Shown: positions 52,119 to 64,000 of the stretch, piece by piece | Layout: every line of letters starts with the position of its first letter | Position numbering within the stretch: the first letter of the stretch is position 1 | NCBI GenBank assembly: GCA_002269645.1 | Contig: NIVC01002728.1 | Span: 1 to 64,000, forward strand | DNA length: 64,000 nucleotides | Direction: 5' to 3' | Origin: Macrostomum lignano | Taxonomy: Eukaryota | Notes under the pieces: model-generated | What the model saw: the letters and a program-made list of their open reading frames with translations, nothing else | Databases searched by the model: none | Told to the model about the DNA's origin: nothing | Translations under genes and position numbers: made by a program

Positions 52119-52972
52119 AAGGAGCCAGAAGTCGGAGAAGACGAAAGAAGAAGCCTGAAGGCAGCTTAATATTGCCACAACTATAAAAGCGAGCTGACAA
52201 AGCCAGAACTGAAGATCCGCAAACTAAGAAACTCGCGCACACCTGGGCAACATCGGCAAAGTTCAAAGGATTGTAAAAAAACCCCACATGGATTCAGAAG
52301 GCGGTGCACTATAATTCAATCGAGCCAGGGCACACCTCGCGACCCGAGGGTGGATCCCATTTCGCGTGGCGAGGCAAAGGGCGCAGATGCCAAGAAACAC
52401 GAAATGAAATCCCGCGGTATCAGCGGCGGAACCGAAAAGGTGAGAAAAAGTTAAGATGAAGCGCGATGAGGCTGCAGATTCCAATTAGTTTCGCCCCAGC
52501 CTCTGTATTCTGCATATTTTGGACTGCACACGGGATCTACTGGAGTCTGAGGCCTCGCCGTTTCTCTTTTAGCCTGTCAAGGAGTGAACGGGTCTGTGTT
52601 CTTTTTCTACTGCTCTATTCTCTTCCCTCTGGTGCAAGTGGCAGCACCTGCAGCTTCGCGGGGGGGGGGCTTTCATTCATCATCATGTCTAACAACTTGC
52701 AGACCGTCGAACAATATCCAGGGGCCGAACAGGCAGGATCAGGAAGATTGAAAGTGATGCGATGGGGCATCTCGTCCAGCCTACCATGGCTGCATTGGCT
52801 TGGATCAAAGTACAGCAAGTCAGAACTTGTCTGACAGGGCGAATCTAAAAATTTGTTTATTTTTTGCTTCCGTAAGAGTTTGAAGGGTCTTTGACACATC
52901 TGGACTGTAAAAACCTTATTAAACTAAACTGACTATCTTAGCTTCCCTAATTGCCTGATTAAAAGTCTCCTG

Positions 52973-53992
52973 ACACAGATTGAAGCATCTGACATAGATT
53001 GAAGCATCTGACAGAGATCGAAGCATCTAACACAGATTGAAGCATCTGACACAGATTGAAGCATCTGACACAGATTGAAGCATCTGACACAGATCGAAGC
53101 ATCTGACACAGATTGAAGCATCTGACACAGATTGAAGCATCTGACAGAGATCGAAGCATCTGACACAGATTGAAGCATCTGACACAGATTGAAGCATCTG
53201 ACACAGATTGAAGCATCTGACACAGATTGAAGCACCTGACACAGATTGAAGCATCTGACACAGATCGAAGCATCTGACACAGATTGAAGCATCTGACACA
53301 GATTGAAGCATCTGACACAGATTGAAGCATCTGACACAGATCGAAGCATCTGACACAGATCGAAGCATCTGACATAGATTGAAGTATCTGACACAGATTG
53401 AAGCATCTGACACAGATTGAAGCATCTGACACAGATTGAAGCATCTGACACAGATTGAAGCATCTGACACAGATTGAAGCATCTGACACAGATTGAAGCA
53501 TCTGACACAGATCGAAGCATCTGACACAGATTGAAGCATCTGACACAGATTGAAGCATCTGACACAGATTGAAGCATCTGACACAGATTGAAGCATCTGA
53601 CACAGATTGAAGCATCTGACACAGATTGAAGCATCTGACACAGATTGAAGCATCTGACACAGATCGAAGCATCTGACACAGATTGAAGCATCTGACACAG
53701 ATTGAAGCATCTGACACAGATTGAAGCATCTGACACAGATTGAAGCATCTGACACAGATTGAAGCATCGTCTGACACAGATTGAAGCATCTGACACAGAT
53801 TGAAGCGTCTGACACAGATTGAAGCATCTGACACAGATTGAAGCATCTGACACAGATTGAAGCATCTGACACAGATTGAAGCATCTGACACAGATTGAAG
53901 CATCTGACACAGATTGAAGCATCTGACACAGATTGAAGCATCGTCTGACACAGATTGAAGCATCTGACACAGATTGAAGCGTCTGACACAGA
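52973..53992. repeat. 19-bp minisatellite (tctgacacagattgaagca), ~53 units
   Basis: Direct reading. Confidence 0.97.
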
Positions 53993-54964
53993 TAATCTTG
54001 TGACAGATTTAAATATCCGAAAGAAATCCTGACAGACATGTGGACTTCAAAGAAATATGATTTTCAATGCTAGTATCAACACATGTGTATGGATACACTT
54101 ATATGTCTTATACAGTTCTAATTGTGCCCAGTGCATATTAGACTTGTTAACTTTTCCCACTTCGGGAATTTCGGGAAGAAAGATGCGAGGGGTACAGAGG
54201 CAGCACCGGGTCAGAGAGGAGTCCGAATGGACTTGCAAAAATGCCCATGATTAGGTTATAAGAGGCCAGGGATATAAGGTGGTTTTGCAAGGTCGGGACC
54301 TTGTTAAACTGCCAGCAGGGGAGTGAACTGAAGGCAATGAGGTCAGCCACTACAACTAGTTAACTTTTCCTTCACAATACGGAAACTTTTGCTTGCAGAC
54401 TTGCATACGCGCGCTGGAACGCTGTGAAAAAAACTTGTAGTTTGAAAAATAATCGCCCACCAGGTCTGGGAGAGCGAAAGCAGGAGTTGGTAGCCAGCCG
54501 ACGGCGAAAGGCGAGAAGAGAAACAGGGGGATGTCAGGCCGAAAGGTGCGGCTCATTAGCGGGGGAAGAATGCAGTGAGTCACCGGTGTGTGCGACGGTT
54601 TTTTGAAAAGCAAAAAATAACACGATACAACAGAACTGAATTGTAATAAGGAACCACCAGGTAAATTTTCTGTGTTTCTGAGTGACATCTTGCAGCCTCT
54701 AGCTTGAGGTCGCGGAGCTTTGGGAACACTAAAACACCGGGCTTGCTCCAGATTCCTGACCAGAAACTCTCCTCTTACAGACCACATCCTCTTATGGCCG
54801 CTGGTGCCGCCAGAAAGAAATTTTCGAATTCACTCTTCACTTTTGTTATGCTTGTGTAAGTGGGAGCAATTGAAACTGCTAAGGCCTCTCTGTTTGCCCC
54901 TCGGGTCCTTTGAAACTTCACAAATAGCAATCCGGCCCGCTCAAGGTTTGTGTCTCTGCTCAGC

Positions 54965-55392
54965 TCCCTTCTCTTCTCCCCCCTCCTCTCTCATCTTGAT
55001 CTCCCCTCTCTTCCCTCCTCTTACCTCTTCTCTCACCCCTCCTCTTACCTCTCCTCTCTCATCCCCCTCTACTCTTTGTCCCCCTCTCATCTCTCATCTC
55101 ACCTCTCCTCTCACTTCGCCTCTCACCTTTCCTCTCTCATCTCCTCTCCCCTCTCACCCCTACTCTTACCTCTCCTCTCTCACCCTCCCCCTCTACTCTT
55201 TGCCCTCCTCTCACCTCTTCTCTCTCATCCCCCCTCTCCTCTCACCCCTCCTCTCACCTCTCCTCTCTGATCTCCCCTCTATCTCACCATACTTCTCACC
55301 ACTGATCTCCCCTCTCCTGTCAACCCTCCTCTCACCTCCCCTCTTTCCCCTCCTCTCACCTCTCCTCTTTCGTCTCCCCTTCCTCCTCTCCC
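54965..55392. repeat. CT-rich low-complexity tract
   Basis: Direct reading. Confidence 0.85.
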
Positions 55393-56494
55393 TGTCCCGC
55401 GGTCATGTGCGAGATTCTCTATCTGCCCATTAATTAAAAAATGCCGACCTCAAAGTTACAGTTAAAATGAAGATGCTTATAAAAGAATGTATCGAAAAAA
55501 GCAGCCTTTTGCAAGCCGCGTAAACAAATCATGGGTAAGTGCTCGATTTTAAAGACATTTTCTATTAACATTTTTCGTTCAATTCCAATTTTTGTTACAT
55601 TCTACAAATTGCTCAAACTATAGGCGTCTCATAGCGATGCATTTGGCTACAATTGCATGGTTGATGAACTTGGTAGATTGTTTAGGAACGGCTCTTAAAC
55701 AGCTCTTTGTTTAGGAAAGTAAATTTCCGGTGTTATTTTATGGGCATGGTTATAACAAAATGGCATCGTTAGGGTTGAAGAGGCTCATTGGGAATTCAAA
55801 GTCAAAGATGCGGGCATTAAGATGTTGCGCAACCAGCTTGCACAATCGAATTCTAAAATCGAGTCGAACCCCCTCCTTAAGCACGAAGTCAAAGTATCAC
55901 AGGCAGGCATTGTCACGTTAAACCATAGACTATCCTTACTGGCCCAGCAGTCACAATGAGATCACGAAAATTGATAATTTTGATACGTCTATAGTATAGT
56001 CTAGAATTTTCTATTGCGCAGTCAGACCCTTGAACCCTTACGCTCCACTCTGAAAGGGGTTAACAATAGCCTGCATGGCTTGGTTATGAATGCAATGCAA
56101 GTCACTTGAGTCAGACTACACGCACGAGACCCTTCTCGGCTGAGCTTTGAGGTGCTAATCAAATTGGTAGATCTTTCTCCTGCCTGCGGTGACCTGCTGC
56201 TCAGTAAATTCTTATATAATTGACATTTAGAAGGGCCAATTATGGATATGAGACGGAGATCCACGTTCAATAATGCAATATTCACCCGCATTTAACTGGT
56301 AAATGGAGCACACCTGCAATATAGTCCTCATGCGAAATGGTTTAGAAGCATTGTATTCGTTTAAGGTATATTTTAGTTTCAGAAAATAAGCTAGGATACA
56401 ATCACGGCCAACCCTGCCCTGACACTTAAACTAAACTGCATCGCAACAGTAACAACTTCTAGTTATCTCCCCCTGACACCTAGATATTGAGTCA

Positions 56495-57278
56495 ACCTCC
56501 CTGACACTTATTGAGCAACCCTCTCTGACACTTATTGAGCCACTTTATCTGACACTTATTGAGAAACCTTCTCTGACACTTATTGAGCCACCCTCCCTGA
56601 GACTTATTGAGCCATCCTCCCTGACACTTATTGAGATATTCTCCCTGACACTTATTGAGCCACCCTCCCTGAGACTTATTGAGCCATCCTCCGACACTTA
56701 TTGAGATATTCTCCCTGACACTTATTGAGCCATCCTCCCTGAGACTTATTGAGCCATCCTCCGACACTTATTGAGATATTCTCCCTGACACTTATTGAGC
56801 CACCCTCCCTGAGACTTATTGAGCCATCCTCTCTGACACTTATTGAGACATCCTCCCTGACACTTATTGAGCCACCCTATCTGACACTTATTAAGCCATC
56901 CTCCCTCACACTTATTGAGCCACCCTATCTGACACTTATTGAGCCATCCTCCCGGACACTTATTGAGCCACCCTCCCTGAGACTTATTGAGCCATCCTCC
57001 CTGACACTTATTGAGTCATCCTCCCTGACACTTATTGAGCCACCCTATCTGACACTTATTGAGCCATCCTCCCTCACACTTATTGAGCCATCCTCCCTGA
57101 CACTTATTGAGCCATCCTCCCTGACACTTGGTGAGCCATCCTCCCTGACACTTATTGAACTACCCCCCCTGACACTTAGTGAGCCATCCTCCCTGACACT
57201 TAGTGAGTCACCCTCCCTGACACTTAGTGAGCCACCCTATCTGACACTTATTGAGCCACCCTCCCTGACACTTATTCA
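56495..57278. repeat. 24-bp minisatellite (ctgacacttattgagccatcctcc)
   Basis: Direct reading; explains the LTLIEPSS ORF; ends ~15 nt from the LHFPL exon 1 donor. Confidence 0.96.
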
Positions 57279-57297
57279 GCCGAGTCAGCAAACTCAC

Positions 57298-57823
57298 CGG
57301 CCACGCCCTGGACACAGCCGGCCACCCTGGCCGCCAGCCTGTCAGCTCCGGGTCGCAGGAACAACGCCGCCACGGCAACCAAAGCGCAGAGCGACTGCAG
57401 CAGGCAGCCGCCTCCGAACAGAACGCAGGTCGCCCTCCAAGCATCTGACGGCAGATTAGCAAACGAGAACTCTCCGGAGTACACGCCGCACACGGTGCCG
57501 CCATCCTCGCCGGAGTTCTGCCTGCGCAAATGCGGCAAGTCGATGGCGTTGACGCAGAAGCTGAACACCCCCAGACAGTGGGGCCGGCGGGGCTCCACAA
57601 TCCAGAACGGCTGCAGGAAGCAGAAGAACGACACACCGGCGCACAGAATCGACAACAGGCACCAAAGGAAGCTGATTGGACTCAGCATTTTCTTCACTAG
57701 AGGCTGGCGCGGTCTTCTGCTACTAGAAGATCTCCGACTCTGCTCCTGGTGCGCGCCCACCTGCGGCTGCAACTGCTGACTAACAATGGATGTGCCAGTT
57801 GAAGGCCACTGGGAATCTTTCAT
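57298..57823 (-). CDS. LHFPL: LHFPL-family tetraspan protein, exon 1 (TM1, Cys loop, TM2)
   Basis: MLSPISFLWCLLSILCAGVSFFCFLQPFW...LGVFSFC...CGVY...FANLPSDAWRATCVLFGGGC fits the LHFPL family. Donor gtgagt at 57292-57297 (phase 1) matches exon 2; joined CDS 1086 nt (361 aa). The start may instead be the ATG at 57688. Confidence 0.9.
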
Positions 57824-58189
57824 TTGGGCGAACCGGTATTTGTCTTTGAATGAATTACTAGGATCCGGGATCTGGCATTCTAATCAGTTTCTAGGGTAGA
57901 AGAAATGCCAGCTCTTGCTGCTTGTGCGTGGGACTGCCGCCTGTCTTCTACTCTGCGCTGGTTTCGTCCGATTGGCTGGTGGGAGAGCCAATGAACTGAT
58001 TTCATCATATAAATGCGTTTACTATAGTCAGCTGATGATACTACTGATCAGTGCCAGCGTAAGTAGGATAGCTTGAATACATTAAGATGCAAACTATAAG
58101 ATACTTTATTTATACAAATACAGTCGCTGAAGATGAACTGTAAGATGATTTAATAAGCTATCAACAACCAGGTGAAATAGCTTTTATAT

Positions 58190-58800
58190 GACCTGTCAGA
58201 TGACCTACCCAATTATTAATAGCTCATTGGGTCAGATGACCAACTATATTTTTTAGGTCATTGGGTTAGAAGATCAACGAAATTAATAGGTCACTGGGTC
58301 AGATGACCCACCAAATTAAAAGGTTATTAGGTCAGATGACCTACCAAATTTAAAAGGTTATTGAGTCAGATGAGCAACCATATTTATAGGTCATTGGGTA
58401 AGAAGACCAACGAAATTAATAGGTCACTGGGTCAGATGACCTACCCAATCGAATAGGTCACTGGGTCAGATGACCTACCCAATCAAATGGGTCATTGGGT
58501 CAGATGACCTACACAATTAATAGGTCATTGGGTCAGATGACCTACCCAATCAAATAGGTCACTGGGTCAGATGACCTACTCAATTAAATAGGTCATTGGG
58601 TCAGAAGACCAACGAAATTGATAGGTCACTGGGTTAGATGACCAACTATTGTATATTTATAGGCCATTGGGTCAGATGACCTGCCCAACATAATAGGTCA
58701 TGGGGCCAGATGACCTACTCAACATAATAGGATATTGCGTTAGATGACCTACCAGACATAATAGGTCATGGGGCCAGATGACCTACCCAACATAATAGGA
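58190..58800. repeat. 33-34 bp minisatellite carrying AGGTCA/GGGTCA/TGACCT hexamers
   Basis: Unit aggtcactgggtcagatgacctacccaatcaaat; the best-conserved copies start at 58421, 58455, 58489, 58522 and 58556. Confidence 0.92.
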
Positions 58801-59561
58801 CATTATATCTGACGATATACCAAATCAATACGTCAGGTACTGAAAAACACACGACCAATAAGCGAGAACAGACAACATATTACTAATGAAAATCGTTTCT
58901 GCACGCAGCAAATTTTATAAAAATCTCTTTCCAAACATGCTTTTGTTCTTTAAAAAGCGCGACTGTAAATATATGACGAGTATATTATATAGATAGATCG
59001 CACTTTAAATTATACATAAATATGCTATCGTTTTAATAAATTATAAAAGCAAAAATTTGCTTCACAATTAAAAAAATAAATGTATACATAACTACATCAA
59101 TATTACACCATCGTGCAAATTTTAATAAAACACTAAAAAGCTAAAAAGCATGCATGAAAAAATTGAAAGTTTAGTGTTGAAAAAATTATAACAAACTCAA
59201 TACGATCCTGAAAGAGGATAGTTAATGATAAAAAAATCAAACTGGTCACTTTGTTAAAACAAAATCGATTAAGATATAAACAAAAATTACAATCATGCAG
59301 TCATAAAACACATTAGGACATTGAATTCGATCCTAAAGTCTTACTGGAAAACATGAAGTCGGAATGCTAAGCACACTGATATCGTAATCGCACGCATGCT
59401 TATCAGCTTGCATTTACCTTACTAATTTAATTTATAAAATAAAATTGCCTTAAACGTGTCATAATCAGGATATGTGCAATTAGTAAGGTTTTCAAGTATA
59501 AATGTGATAAAATAAATAAAATGAAAAGTTATTTTTGTTTTGGAGTTCAGGTGTAAGATAA

Positions 59562-61315
59562 TTTACATTGTGGTAGGGTTGCTCGGAGAGAATGTACATT
59601 GGGGTAGGGTTGCTCGGAGAGAATGTACATTGGGGTAGGGTTGCTCGGAGAGAATGTACATTGGGGTAGGGTTACTTGGAGAGAATGTACATTGGGGTAG
59701 GGTTGCTCGGAGAGAATGTACATTGGGGTAGGGTTGCTCGGAGAGAATGTACATTGGGGGAAGGGTTAGTCAGAGAGAGAGATTGTACATTGGGGTAGGG
59801 TTACTTGGAGAGAATGTACATTGGGGTAGGGTTGCTCGGAGAGAATGTACATTGGGGTAGGGTTGCTCGGAGAGAATGTACATTGGGGTAGGGTTACTTG
59901 GAGAGAATGTACATTGGGGTAGGGTTGCTCGGAGAGAATGTACATTGGGGTAGGGTTGCTCGGAGAGAATGTACATTGGGGGAAGGGTTAGTCAGAGAGA
60001 GAGATTGTACATTGGGGGTAGAGTTGGTAAGAGATTGTACATTGGGGGAAGGGTTAGTCAGAGAGAGAGATTGTACATTGGGGGTAGGGTTAGTCAGAGA
60101 TTGTACATTGGGGGCAGGGTTGGTCAGAGATTGTACATTGGGGGTAGAGTTGGTCAGAGAGATTGTACATTGGGGGAAGGGTTAGTCAGAGAGAGAGATT
60201 GTACATTGGGGGTAGGGTTAGTCAGAGAGATTGTACATTGGGGGTAGGGTTAGTCAGAGAGATTGTACATTGGGGGAAGGGTTAGTCAGAGAGATTGTAC
60301 ATTGGGGGTAGGGTTAGTCAGAGAGATTGTACATTGGGGGAAGGGTTAGTCAGAGAGATTGTACATTGGGGGTAGAGTTAGTCAGAGAGATTGTACATTG
60401 GGGGAAGGGTTAGTCAGAGAGAGAGATTGTACATTGGGGGTAGGGTTAGTCAGAGAGATTGTACATTGGGGGAAGGGTTAGTCAGAGAGATTGTACATTG
60501 GGGGAAGGGTTAGTCAGAGAGATTGTACATTGGGGTAGGGTTAGTCAGAGAGATTGTACATTGGGGGTAGGGTTAGTCAGAGAGATTGTACATTGGGGGT
60601 AGGGTTAGTCAGAGAGATTGTACATTGGGGGAAGGGTTAGTCAGAGAGATTGTACATTGGGGGTAGGGTTAGTCAGAGAGATTGTACATTGGGGTAGGGT
60701 TAGTCAGAGAGATTGTACATTGGGGGTAGGGTTAGTCAGAGAGATTGTACATTGGGGGAAGGGTTAGTCAGAGAGATTGTACATTGGGGGAAGGGTTAGT
60801 CAGAGAGATTGTACATTGGGGGAAGGGTTAGTCAGAGAGATTGTACATTGGGGGAAGGGTTAGTCAGAGAGATTGTACATTGGGGGAAGGGTTAGTCAGA
60901 GAGATTGTACATTGGGGGTAGGGTTAGTCAGAGAGATTGTACATTGGGGGAAGGGTTAGTCAGAGAGATTGTACATTGGGGGTAGGGTTAGTCAGAGAGA
61001 TTGTACATTGGGGGTAGGGTTAGTCAGAGAGATTGTACATTGGGGGTAGGGTTAGTCAGAGAGATTGTACATTGGGGGCAGGGTTGGTCAGAGAGATTGT
61101 ACATTGGGGGCAGGGTTAGTCAGAGAGATTGTACATTGGGGGTAGGGTTAGTCAGAGAGATTGTACATTGGGGGCAGGGTTGGTCAGAGAGATTGTACAT
61201 TGGGGGCAGGGTTAGTCAGAGAGATTGTACATTGGGGGTAGGGTTACTCAGAGAGATTGTACATTGGGGGCAGGGTTGGTCAGAGAGATTGTACATTGGG
61301 GGCAGGGTTGGTCAG
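59562..61315. repeat. 31-32 bp G-rich minisatellite in two sub-domains (tacattgggggtagggttagtcagagagattg)
   Basis: Direct reading; unit type changes near 59970. Confidence 0.96.
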
Positions 61316-62027
61316 AAAGAATTTATTTTGAGCTTGGATTTATGAATTGAGCCTGAAGTTAATCGGTTTGATAATAAAAGACACAAAACACCAAAAGAAC
61401 AGAGTCAAAAAGTGAAATTACAACCGAGTGTAAACGAAAAATATCATTAGATAAAAACATGACCGTTGATATGCAAATACAAAAAACAATAAATAGTTTT
61501 ACTGGGCAAGGCTTGAATAATTATATTAACAGACTGATATGCTTATTGTACACACCGATAAACAATAAATTTCAACAGCAAAAAAGTTTTGCTTACGAGC
61601 TGATTTGAATTAAAAAACCGGGAAACTAATAAATATGAAAATTCGGAAGAACTTTTGTTCTTTTGAACTACTAAAAGTAGTAGAAATTAGTGAAATAATT
61701 TAGTCGCAAAAACCAACGTCAAATTTCTATGAAATTGATTTCACAACATATCGCTAACAAAACAGAGTTGAGCGGTTAACATATAGCGATTTAATCAAGT
61801 GGAAAACTAGGAATGCTGAGGCAAAATAAGCCAGGACAAAGAAATTTTGTTAAAACACTGGCGCTATGATTCTTATGTTCTGTTTTAAGATAAACAAACA
61901 AAATAAACATTTGAATCAAATTGGCCAAATCGCTTAGGAAAATGAGCATTTTATTTTAATTTACTAATTCAATCTAGGCTATGAAATTTGTTTTAGCACT
62001 TGAAATACTGGAGACACACGGGGGTAG

Positions 62028-62525
62028 GCATCATCCAAGGGTATCTGCCATCTCCTAGGGTACCTTGGGTATCTGTCATCTCCTAGGGTACCTTGGGTAT
62101 CTGTCATCTTCTAGGGTACCTTGGGTATCTGTCATCTCCTAGGGTACCTTGGGTATCTGTCATCTCCTAGGGTACCTTGGGTATCTGTCATCTTCTAGGG
62201 TACCTTGGGTATCTGTCATCTCCTAGGGTACCTTGGGTATCTGTCATCTCCTAGGGTACCTTGGGTATCTGTCATCTCCTAGGGTACCTTGGGTATCTGT
62301 CATCTCCTAGGGTACCTTGGGTATCTGTCATCTCCTATGGTACCTTGGGTATCTGTCATCTCCTAGGGTACCTTGGGTATCTGTCATCTCCTAGGGTACA
62401 TAATAGGGTATCTGTCATCTCCTAGGGTACATAATAGGGTATCTGTCATCTCCTAGGGTACATAATAGGGTATCTGTCATCTCCTAGGGTACCTTGTGGG
62501 GTATCTGCCATCTCTTAGGGTACCT
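62028..62525. repeat. 28-bp minisatellite (gggtatctgtcatctcctagggtacctt)
   Basis: Direct reading. Confidence 0.96.
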
Positions 62526-62646
62526 AATAGGGTACATGGCATTATTAGGGATTACCTCAAGAGTGTCATTATAACACTCCCCTGGAAGTCAAATGAATGC
62601 CCAATTCGTTACAAGGGCAATGATTATGTAATCAAATGAAAATTGA

Positions 62647-62652
62647 TTTATT
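62647..62652 (-). terminator. Candidate polyadenylation signal (AATAAA) for the SH3 gene
   Basis: tttatt on the plus strand, ~96 nt past the stop codon. Confidence 0.5.
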
Positions 62653-62747
62653 AGCACAAGAATAACGACGCTACGGATGGAAGGAAATGATTAACTACTA
62701 TTGGTCTACACAATGCATTGCATTGATACAATGCATTTAAGTCTTAT

Positions 62748-63598
62748 TCACTTAGCCAGTTTAACAGGCTTGGGTCCAACCTTAGGCGGCGTAGGCCGAT
62801 GCGCTCGCAGCAGGGTGTCCGCATGGCCCTCCAAAGCGAACTGGTCTGCGGCGGTGGTTGCGCCACCTTCAGCAATTTCGCCAGACTGCGCAGGATTCGG
62901 CAGGTCGGAAACAAGATCCGGAGCTCGCTTCGATGCGGGCAGATGCATCTTGGCATTTAGCAGCTCCTGCGGATTGGCGTAGGGCGACTCGGTGTCGTAG
63001 GTCAGGGACTCCAGACCGGCGATAACGTCTTGCAACGCTTGGTCGATGCTTTCCATTGACGCTTCCGAACCAGCTTTGCTGCCGCCAGCTGTAGCATTAG
63101 CACTACTACTACTGCTAGTAGTAGTGTTTTTATTTAGCTTAGCCGGCATTGATACGGATATATCGCTTTCATCTAATCCGCGGCTAGATTGAGCTGGCTC
63201 AGATTTGGTTGGACTTTCTTTGGCAGCAGCAGTGTTAGCGGCAGCAGTGATGCTGGATATTGACGATGGCGACGAGCTGGCTGCAGCTGCATCGCCGGCG
63301 CCTTCGTCCACGTCAACTGCAGCCAAGTTTGAGGAGGCAGTTGGCGTCGAGGCGGTGGAGAACACCGACATGGATACTTGATCAGCTTCAATAGATTCGG
63401 ATGATGATGGCAACAGTCTGGTGACGTAGGCGTCGGGCAGGTAGCCCTCTTTGCCAGCTGAGTTGCAGCCGTGCAGCCACTCGGAGGTGATCCGGCTCAG
63501 TATGGTGAGCACGTCGCCTCTGGAGAAGCTCAATTCCCGTGGCGTTCGAGCTTGGAACGAATACTTGGCGGTGACCATGTAGTTGCACTCGGACAGGT
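62748..63598 (-). CDS. Terminal exon of an SH3-domain protein, probably srGAP-like; upstream exons lie beyond the window
   Basis: Acceptor cag at 63599-63601. AKYSFQARTPRELSFSRGDVL...EWLHG...GYLPDAYV is an SH3 domain. SIDQALQDVIAGLESL and KRAPDLVSDLP resemble srGAP C-terminal motifs (recalled similarity, not searched). Confidence 0.8.
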
Positions 63599-63699
63599 CT
63601 GCGGTGTGTGAAGCATTGTAGCACCGGTTTTGGAAATTTAGCTAATTGCGGTAAACCACTTGGATAAACTCACTCATACATCTAGTAGCTCTCAGGTAA

Positions 63700-64000
63700 T
63701 GTCACCTTGACTGTCACCGGTAATCCCACCGACTCTCACCGGTAATCTCACCTGACTCTCACCGATAATCCTACCTGACTCTCACCGGTAATCCCACCTG
63801 ACTCTCACCGGTAATTTCACCTGACTCTCACAGGTAATCCCACCTGACTTTCATCGGTAATCTCACCGGACTCTCACCGGTAATCCTACCTGACTCTCAC
63901 CGGTAATCCCATCGACTCTCACAGATACCTGACTTTCACCGGTAATCTCACCTGACTTTCACCGGTAATTTCACCTGACTCTCACAGGTAATCCCACTCG
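63700..64000. repeat. 23-bp minisatellite (ctctcaccggtaatcccacctga), running off the window edge
   Basis: Direct reading. Confidence 0.92.

Noticed and set aside
52615-52899. Candidate nested exon in the LHFPL intron
   Set aside because: No recognisable domain and no matching downstream donor.
51402-54039. KPQEEATRRSH, FFLWLLL and SVSDASICVRC ORFs
   Set aside because: Translations of the 13-bp and 19-bp minisatellites.
57971-58055. CCAAT boxes plus TATAAAT as the LHFPL promoter
   Set aside because: Their order faces the plus strand, away from the gene, and no plus-strand gene follows; left unassigned.

Overview
Eukaryotic (animal) genomic DNA with GT-AG introns and very dense tandem repeats; no bacterial-type features. 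The mix of long microsatellites and many unrelated 13-42 bp minisatellites resembles the flatworm Macrostomum lignano (inference, not verified). Hand splicing gives four genes. (1) A KCNQ/Kv7 potassium channel on the minus strand: exons 12147-11700 (inferred), 4214-3851, 1876-1688 and 1159-1034, continuing past the left edge, with single-base frame disruptions. (2) A complete 6-exon ERp44 on the plus strand (29578-35117, 391 aa) with a CPHS active site and a REEL tail. (3) A 2-exon LHFPL-family tetraspan gene on the minus strand (57823-57298 and 43552-42993, 361 aa). (4) The last exon of an SH3-domain, probably srGAP-like, gene on the minus strand (63598-62748). Most long ORFs in the track are translations of tandem repeats. 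I found no clear new multi-gene system. The best leads are an array of nuclear-receptor DR2/IR2 sites upstream of the LHFPL gene, the divergent ERp44 with candidate micro-exons, the KCNQ N-terminus and S1-S2 loop insertion, a near-perfect 4.1 kb 14-mer array, and a minisatellite that flips orientation at its own palindromic core. Repeat boundaries are approximate.
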